Shown here: positions 7,019-12,075 of the stretch, piece by piece
Numbering within the stretch: position 1 is the first letter of the stretch
Layout of the letters: each line of letters opens with the position of its first letter
Assembly: GCA_027031765.1 (NCBI GenBank)
Contig: JALVPN010000136.1
Location: 1-12,075, forward strand
From: Promethearchaeota archaeon
GTDB taxonomy: Archaea; Asgardarchaeota; Thorarchaeia; Thorarchaeales; Thorarchaeaceae
Direction of reading: 5' to 3'
Length of the DNA stretch: 12,075 bases
Notes under the pieces: model-generated
Told to the model about the DNA's origin: nothing
The model's input: only the letters and a program-made list of their open reading frames with translations
Databases searched by the model: none
Program-made: the position numbers and the translations under genes

Positions 7019-8452
7019 ATGATGGAGCACGGTAAGGAACTCGCTGAGTCATGTATGCAGTATGCCCTCGAGCTGGGTGCGGACTATGCTGACGCGAGGT
7101 TTGTTACGACGACCATTGAGGGACATGTGTACCGGAATGGCGCACCAGTATCCGGTGGCAGGACACCCAGTGCAGGTATTGGCATGCGGGTGCTGGTGGA
7201 GGGCTCCATGGGCTTCGCGTCCATCGACAGGCTCGACCGTGGCCTGGCAAGGAGCGCCGTAGAGACCGCTGTCAAGATGGCCCGGACTACGAGGAGGCGC
7301 GAACCGGTCGACATGGGCGGACCGGTGTCGAACAGGGCCTCCTGGAGCATGGATGTACGAGATTCGCTGAGGGGTGTCGATATCGATACCATTGCCGGTC
7401 TGGCGGGCGAGATGAACAGACAGATGGAAGGGCTACCATCGTACACCCTGATACTGAGCCCAGTGGTGTGTGACAAGTATCTCGTGACCAGTGAGGGGAC
7501 CGAGGTCACCGGTCACACCGAGCAACTCCAGACATACGTGCTCCTCACAGGACACGGCAAGGCTGGTTCCGAGCAGCGGTTCATGGACCTGACGACGGCA
7601 GGTGGCTGGGAGAGGGTCAAGGACACAGGCCTCGTGGAACGGGTCGCCGACGAGGTTCAGCGTTTCAAGCGCGTGCTTGAGGTGGCCGTTGCACCCAAGG
7701 AGCTCGTGCAGCAGCCTGTGGACATGGTGGTCGGCCCGGAGGTCGCCGGCATCATCGCACACGAGAACGTCGGCCACCCGAGCGAAGGCGACAGGATCAT
7801 GGGCCGTGAGGGGGCACAGGCGGGCGAGAGCTTCTGGCGCGACCTCAAGATAGGGGAGGCCCGCGTGGGGTCGCAGCAGGTCACTGTGTGTGAGGACCCG
7901 ACCATACCGAACACAGGTGGGTTCTACCTCTATGATGACGAGGGCGTGCGGGCCCGGAGGCGTTTCCTGATAAAGGAGGGCGTAGCCAACGAGCCGCTAC
8001 TGAACAGGGAGTTCGGTGCCAGGTTCGGCACTGGTTCCAACGGTGCTGCAAGGGCGGCCGGGTTCGACAGGGAGCCCATCATCAGGATGTCGAACACCTT
8101 CTTTGCAGCGGGAGACCACACGTTCGAGGAGCTGTTCGAGGGGATATCCCTTGGTGTGTACATGCGGTCGTTCAGTGAGTGGAACATCGACGACCGGCGG
8201 TACCAGAGCAAGTACACGGGCTGTGAGGCATACCTGATACGTGATGGCGCGCTCACCGACACGCTGGTCAAGAGGCCCATACTGGAGTCCACCAGCGTCG
8301 GCCTGCTCAGTGCGGTGGATGCGGTCTCCAAGGACGAAGTGTTGGATTTTGCAGCCACTTGTGGCAAGGGGGACCCGATGCAGCCGGTGCCCGTCTACGC
8401 AGGGGGCGGGCACGTACGCATCCGTGGCATCAGGCTGGGAGGTGTTGGGTGA
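7019..8452 (+). CDS. tldD: TldD metalloprotease subunit (TldD/PmbA family)
   Basis: GADYADARF, AHENVGHPSEGDR (HExxGH), YDDEG, LIKEGV, PIIRMSNTF and CGKGDPMQPVPV (metal-ligand Cys). Start ATG 7019 or 7022; the longer ORF-track extension lies in the divergent spacer. Confidence 0.93.
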   Translation: MMEHGKELAESCMQYALELGADYADARFVTTTIEGHVYRNGAPVSGGRTPSAGIGMRVLVEGSMGFASIDRLDRGLARSAVETAVKMARTTRRREPVDMGGPVSNRASWSMDVRDSLRGVDIDTIAGLAGEMNRQMEGLPSYTLILSPVVCDKYLVTSEGTEVTGHTEQLQTYVLLTGHGKAGSEQRFMDLTTAGGWERVKDTGLVERVADEVQRFKRVLEVAVAPKELVQQPVDMVVGPEVAGIIAHENVGHPSEGDRIMGREGAQAGESFWRDLKIGEARVGSQQVTVCEDPTIPNTGGFYLYDDEGVRARRRFLIKEGVANEPLLNREFGARFGTGSNGAARAAGFDREPIIRMSNTFFAAGDHTFEELFEGISLGVYMRSFSEWNIDDRRYQSKYTGCEAYLIRDGALTDTLVKRPILESTSVGLLSAVDAVSKDEVLDFAATCGKGDPMQPVPVYAGGGHVRIRGIRLGGVG

Positions 8453-9831
8453 TGACTGGGTTGGACACGCTGATGAGATATGCCGACCGGGCGGTGGAAC
8501 ACGCGGGCGACCGCGTCAACTGTGTCATTGCAAGGTGCACACAGGGCACGGAATGGCAGATCCGTTTCTCGCAGAACAACGTCGACATCAGCAAGGTGTG
8601 GGAGCGCCTTGGAATAGAGGTGTTCGTGGCCCTTGAGGGCGGTAGGACAGGCTTTGGAGAGCGCTCTGTGACGAGCGAGGAGGACGTGGTCGCTGCTGTC
8701 GATAGTGTGGTGGCCTTCACGGAACGGATGCCTCAGTCCGTCTTCTACGCCGGTGTTGAACAGAGGGCCACAAGGTACGAGGCGTCGACAGAGGACTATG
8801 ACAACAGGATTGAAGAGTTCGGTGAGAGGGCACCAGAGCTGGTCAATGCATGTATCGACGCTGCCATCGAGAGTGGTGCCACGCGAGTGGCCGGTGCCCT
8901 GAAGTTCTCACGCAGGCTGAGCTGTCTGCGTACGGGCCACGGCGTGGAAGGGCGTGCCATGAGCACAGCCTATGACCTCAACGTGCGTGCATTCCAGGAG
9001 CAGCTCGACTGGTCAGGTCAGGGACTTGCCTGTGGTACGGTCCCGTCGGCGGCAGAGGAGGAGATGCTCGCAGCAGGACACAGGGCTGGCGAGCTCGCCA
9101 AGAAGGCTGTCGGCGCCGTGCAGGGCAAGCCGGGGGTCTATGACCTCATCATGTCGCCCACTGTTGCAGCGAACGTCCTCGGCTACATCCCGGCCTCAGC
9201 AAACCCAATCATGGTGCTTATCGGGGTCTCCCCACTGGGCGACAAGATTGGCGAACAGATCGCCCCAGAGTGGGTCAGTGCGGCCGACGACCCCACAGTG
9301 CCCGGTGGCCTCATGCGCAGGACGTTCGACTTTGAGGGCACGCCCGCACAGCGGGTCGATATTGTGAAGGACGGCGTGCTCAAGCAGTTCATCCACAACA
9401 CATCGACGGCGGCGATGTACGAGGTCGAGAGCACCGGCAGCTCGGAGCCAACAGCACTGGGTGGTCAGATCAAGATGCTGCTGCCGGCACCGAGCAACAT
9501 AGTCTTCAACAATGGCGACACGTCGGTGGAGGAGCTGTTCTATGTCGACCGGCCGACGATATATGTGACCTCAAACTGGTACACCCGGTGGCAGGACTAC
9601 AGGGAGGGCACGTTCTCAACGATACCCAGGGATGCCATGTTCCTTATCGAGGGTGACAGGTGGACACCGATCAAGAACCTGCGGATAAGCGACAACAGCC
9701 TCCGCATGTTCCGGAACATCGATGCCATGGCAGACGACAGGACACAGGTCTACTGGTGGGAGGTGGACGTCCCGACATTCATCTCCACAGTGCGTGTGAC
9801 CGACTGCAGGTTCACTGCGGCCACCCAGTAG
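8452..9831 (+). CDS. pmbA: PmbA/TldE non-catalytic partner subunit
   Basis: IRFSQN, GVYDLIMSP, FDFEGTP, IVKDGVLKQFIHN and NWYTR; lacks HExxGH. ATG overlaps the tldD stop (TGATG), with GGAGGTG at 8438-8444. Confidence 0.88.
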   Translation: MTGLDTLMRYADRAVEHAGDRVNCVIARCTQGTEWQIRFSQNNVDISKVWERLGIEVFVALEGGRTGFGERSVTSEEDVVAAVDSVVAFTERMPQSVFYAGVEQRATRYEASTEDYDNRIEEFGERAPELVNACIDAAIESGATRVAGALKFSRRLSCLRTGHGVEGRAMSTAYDLNVRAFQEQLDWSGQGLACGTVPSAAEEEMLAAGHRAGELAKKAVGAVQGKPGVYDLIMSPTVAANVLGYIPASANPIMVLIGVSPLGDKIGEQIAPEWVSAADDPTVPGGLMRRTFDFEGTPAQRVDIVKDGVLKQFIHNTSTAAMYEVESTGSSEPTALGGQIKMLLPAPSNIVFNNGDTSVEELFYVDRPTIYVTSNWYTRWQDYREGTFSTIPRDAMFLIEGDRWTPIKNLRISDNSLRMFRNIDAMADDRTQVYWWEVDVPTFISTVRVTDCRFTAATQ

Positions 9832-9832
9832 G

Positions 9833-9874
9833 AGGGACATCCGGGCCGAGACGACCACCGTAGGCCCCGTCCCT
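9833..9874. other. Inverted repeat / stem-loop between convergent pmbA and GTPase genes
   Basis: AGGGAC-atcc-GGGCC-(15 nt)-GGCCC-c-GTCCCT gives 11 bp of pairing with an internal loop; possible terminator or stability element. Confidence 0.3.
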
Positions 9875-9886
9875 AAGGGTGCTGGT

Positions 9887-9899
9887 ACAGGGGACTTCA
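9887..9899 (+). repeat. Isolated copy of the 13-bp unit (ACAGGGGACTTCA, 12/13 match)
   Basis: Matches ACAGGGGACGTCA at 10565-10577 and 10578-10590; overlaps the GTPase stop codon. Confidence 0.6.
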
Positions 9900-10418
9900 C
9901 GACGTGCGGAAATGCTCTCTGGCCGAAGCGGCCGCGTTCAGGAAGACTTCGGCCACGCACTCACCGGTCTTGGCGCTGGTCTCGAAGTAGTCGAAGTGCA
10001 GCATCTTTGCGAGGGCCCGCCCCTCCGCTTCAGAGACCGCCCGCCTGTCACGCATGTCGCACTTGTTCGCGACGAGGGACCCACCAATGGGGCCACAGGT
10101 GGCAACGCAGGCAGTGTCAGCAAGGGCACTGTACCAGGTGGGCATGACATCAAAGGTACTACGGTCTGTCATATCGTACACGAGGACTATGTAGTGCGCA
10201 CCCTCGTAGAAGCGGTTGCGCAGTGACAAGAAGCTCTGCTGACCGCCGATGTCAACCATTGTCAGGACAACCCGGCCCTCGGGTAGCTCAAAGGCGTGGA
10301 CCCGGATCTCAGCTGCAACAGTGGAGGTGTACGTCTCATGGAACTCGTCCTGGGTGAACCTCCGGACAAGGGAGGTCTTTCCCACATTGGGCGGTCCTAT
10401 GAGGAGGGCCTTGTACAC
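9897..10418 (-). CDS. Ras-superfamily small GTPase, Rab-like
   Basis: G1 GPPNVGKT, G2 YTSTV, G3 DIGGQ, FYEGAHYIVLVYDMT, G4 NKCD, G5 ETSAK. No C-terminal prenylation motif. Start GTG 10418 preferred (about 173 aa); frame is open upstream to 10565. Confidence 0.93.
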   Translation of the reverse strand: MYKALLIGPPNVGKTSLVRRFTQDEFHETYTSTVAAEIRVHAFELPEGRVVLTMVDIGGQQSFLSLRNRFYEGAHYIVLVYDMTDRSTFDVMPTWYSALADTACVATCGPIGGSLVANKCDMRDRRAVSEAEGRALAKMLHFDYFETSAKTGECVAEVFLNAAASAREHFRTS

Positions 10419-10463
10419 TGCAGTCGGCAGGGCATCCCACCCACGAGGACACGCAAGTAGGAC

Positions 10464-10470
10464 TATTTTA
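10464..10470 (-). promoter_or_regulatory. Possible TATA-like element (TAAAATA) for the GTPase
   Basis: AT-rich patch about 45 nt before GTG 10418 on the minus strand. Confidence 0.35.
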
Positions 10471-10561
10471 GGCTTGTCTGTATTGCCACCAGTGTGGTCA
10501 ACGTTTTCCACGGGCCGCACGGTCTGGCCGTAGGAGTACCACGTGGGGCGACAGTCCCCTC

Positions 10562-10596
10562 TCAACAGGGGACGTCAACAGGGGACGTCAACAGGG
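10562..10596 (+). repeat. 13-bp tandem repeat, about 2.7 copies (TCAACAGGGGACG)
   Basis: TCAACAGGGGACG TCAACAGGGGACG TCAACAGGG read directly; an inverted GTCCCCT at 10554-10560 pairs with AGGGGAC at 10567-10573. Confidence 0.9.
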
Positions 10597-10627
10597 CCCG
10601 GCAGGGCTGCCATCAGGCACCTGCAGA

Positions 10628-10789
10628 CTACTCGACCTGCTCAAAGTCCTCTTTGCTTGCACCGCACACTGGACAGACCCAGTCGTCGGGCAAGTCCTCG
10701 AACTTGGTTCCCGGTTCGATACCGGACTCGGGGTGACCCTTCTCTTCATCATAGACCCAACCGCAGACTGTGCATTCCCATTTGGCCAT
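10628..10789 (-). CDS. rub: Rubredoxin (53 aa)
   Basis: [18 protein letters not shown]...[18 protein letters not shown] with two CxxCG motifs; AGGAG ribosome-binding-like site upstream of ATG 10789. Confidence 0.97.
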   Translation of the reverse strand: MAKWECTVCGWVYDEEKGHPESGIEPGTKFEDLPDDWVCPVCGASKEDFEQVE

Positions 10790-10862
10790 CGTGAGTTCTC
10801 CTGTTCCTGCTCTGTGATGTCCGTGCCAAGGGCACCTGAGCATGGGCGGTGTTGGCTGGCAT

Positions 10863-10870
10863 CTAATAAG
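10863..10870. promoter_or_regulatory. Possible TATA-like element (CTAATAAG / CTTATTAG) in the rubredoxin-small ORF divergent spacer
   Basis: AT-rich patch; plus reading ends 24 nt before GTG 10895; 7/8 match to the octamer at 3751 and 6980. Confidence 0.3.
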
Positions 10871-10894
10871 GGTGGCGATGTGAGTGTCTAGGGG

Positions 10895-11077
10895 GTGAGT
10901 GGACAGTACGGGATGGAGTCCTGTACGACTGGCCACGCTGGTCACCAGTGGTACATCGTCCGGCACAACAGGACCGTTTCCGGACCATTGGGTACCTGCA
11001 CCATGGAGGGTGTGTCACTGCTGCTGGTCACCCACACCTCTGTGGACTGGGACCACCTGCCTGGGCGAGACCCGTAG
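10895..11077 (+). CDS. Hypothetical 60-aa protein (candidate small ORF)
   Basis: 45/60 codons end in G/C, TATA-like box at leaderless spacing, convergent hairpin terminator downstream. No recognisable family. Confidence 0.3.
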   Translation: MSGQYGMESCTTGHAGHQWYIVRHNRTVSGPLGTCTMEGVSLLLVTHTSVDWDHLPGRDP

Positions 11078-11098
11078 GTCACGGGAGTGCAGGGCGTG

Positions 11099-11150
11099 AG
11101 AAAAAGAAAGAGGGGACGACCCGGGGCAAGGCCCAACGGGTCTTCCTTTT
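11099..11150. terminator. Hairpin with T-rich tracts on both strands (possible bidirectional terminator)
   Basis: GACCCG-GGGC-aag-GCCC-aa-CGGGTC core (11118-11142), extendable to 11110-11150. Followed on the minus strand by CTTTCTTTTTC and on the plus strand by TTCCTTTT; lies downstream of the surface-protein stop. Confidence 0.6.
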
Positions 11151-11183
11151 GTCTATTGAGCTGTACTAGGTGAGGCTGTGCAC

Positions 11184-12075
11184 CTATCTACGCCGTACCA
11201 GCAGTACTGCGACACCCAGTAGAGCAACACCGCCAGCGCCGGCAGCCACGTAGAGGGTCGGGACACCGAAGACCTGGCCCTCCCACCAGTTGGTCGCATT
11301 GCTGGTCGTGCTGCCAGACGGGTTCACCAGCATGTGGTAGCCGGGCTCCGAAGTGGCATAGAATGAAGCACCGGGCCACGTTTCAGGTGAGCCGGGGTCG
11401 AAGGAACTGAGTGAAGTGTTGAAGTAGACGCAGATGGCAGGGTAGTCGACGTACCAGCCGACGCGGTTCGCGGTGACCGTGTAGTTGATTGTCCACGTCT
11501 CATCGGCTGCGAGGGCGTCATGGGTCCAGTAGAAGTCGCGGTCGCCATCAAAACCGGGGCTCATGCCATCGAGTACCTTGATGTCGTAGGCCGTAGCACT
11601 GCCGTAGTTGTGCACAGTGATTGTGAACGGGACGGCTGTGTTGTTCGTGACCTGCCTTGATGGTGTGCCCTTCGTGACCACGAGGAACGGGCCGTCGAAA
11701 GTGATGCCCTCGGGGTCAGCGTCGAAGGTCATCTCGATGTCGGACACATCGAGCTCCCTTGGCGGCTGGATTGGGTCCTCTGGGTTGAAGTTCACTGCGG
11801 CAATGAACCCGACACCGGTGGCCAGGATGGAGCCGAGGTCGGCCATCATGTATGGGACCGTGTGCTCCTTGATGTTGTCCACGTCAAAGAGGGCGTGGAC
11901 TGCATTCTTGATCGGCGTGGTGTCGCCACTGAAGTCCTCCATTGCGTCCCAGAGGGCCTGGAGTGTGATGTCCCAGTGCGTCTCGACAAAGGTCGCAATG
12001 CTCTCTTTGCTCTGGAACTCGGGGCGCAGGCCGATGCCGGCCACGTCTTTGAGCAGGCGCTCCATGCTGTCGCCA
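11184..12075 (-). CDS. C-terminal part of a large membrane-anchored cell-surface (S-layer-like) protein with an Ig-like (DUF11/BatD-like) domain; 5' end outside the window
   Basis: Frame is open to the window edge (..GDS-MERLL). Contains a beta-rich segment (VVTKG...FTITVHNYGSATAYDIKVLD...WTINYTVTA), sequons NNT, NYT, NTS and NAT, a Ser/Thr linker, a C-terminal TM helix and an RRR-stop tail. Confidence 0.75.
   Translation of the reverse strand, partial: GDSMERLLKDVAGIGLRPEFQSKESIATFVETHWDITLQALWDAMEDFSGDTTPIKNAVHALFDVDNIKEHTVPYMMADLGSILATGVGFIAAVNFNPEDPIQPPRELDVSDIEMTFDADPEGITFDGPFLVVTKGTPSRQVTNNTAVPFTITVHNYGSATAYDIKVLDGMSPGFDGDRDFYWTHDALAADETWTINYTVTANRVGWYVDYPAICVYFNTSLSSFDPGSPETWPGASFYATSEPGYHMLVNPSGSTTSNATNWWEGQVFGVPTLYVAAGAGGVALLGVAVLLVRRR

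Noticed and set aside
6817-7035. Small ORFs in the M48/tldD spacer (6817-7035, 6759-7022, 6741-6980) as possible peptide precursors for TldDE
   Set aside because: Arg/Pro/Gly-rich composition typical of GC-rich non-coding DNA, overlap neighbouring starts, and show no leader/core pattern.
10554-10596. Tandem repeat as a mini-CRISPR
   Set aside because: Unit is 13 bp, there are no spacers, and no cas genes are present.
10790-10966. 59-aa N-terminal extension on rubredoxin in the ORF track
   Set aside because: ATG 10789 has an AGGAG site and gives a canonical 53-aa rubredoxin; the extension has no recognisable features.
10888-11150. Selenocysteine or pyrrolysine recoding (hairpin as SECIS; read-through of TGA at 10942-10944 or of other stops)
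   Set aside because: The hairpin lacks both the archaeal GAA/A and the eukaryote-like AUGA/GA signatures; all confident genes end where their families normally end; read-through products show no Sec-type motif.
1-12075. rRNA, tRNA, transposase, integrase or phage genes
   Set aside because: None recognisable; intergenic gaps are short and show no cloverleaf or terminal inverted repeats.

Overview
GC-rich prokaryotic window that looks archaeal: TATA-like boxes sit about 25 nt before apparently leaderless starts, AGG/AGA Arg codons are frequent, and the TldD is archaeal-type. A Rab/Ras-like small GTPase makes an Asgard lineage such as Thorarchaeia a plausible source (inference, not verified). 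Gene order: ABC-2 exporter operon (ATPase + 2 permeases, +), FdhD-like protein (-), DHA2-type MFS exporter (+), membrane M48 Zn-peptidase (-), tldD-pmbA/tldE pair (+), small GTPase (-), rubredoxin (-), possible 60-aa ORF (+), and the C-terminal part of a membrane-anchored surface protein (-) that runs off the right edge. No rRNA, tRNA, CRISPR array or transposase/integrase was seen. Most notable observations: (i) the M48 peptidase has a roughly 120-aa insertion in its catalytic domain ending in an EF-hand-type loop; (ii) the MFS gene is bracketed by a perfect 14-bp direct repeat with internal dyad symmetry; (iii) the GTPase gene is bracketed by a 13-bp unit, tandem upstream and present with one mismatch over its stop codon; (iv) the FdhD lacks the CGxC loop and has GRHNA changed to GRLNA. 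All pattern searches were done by eye.
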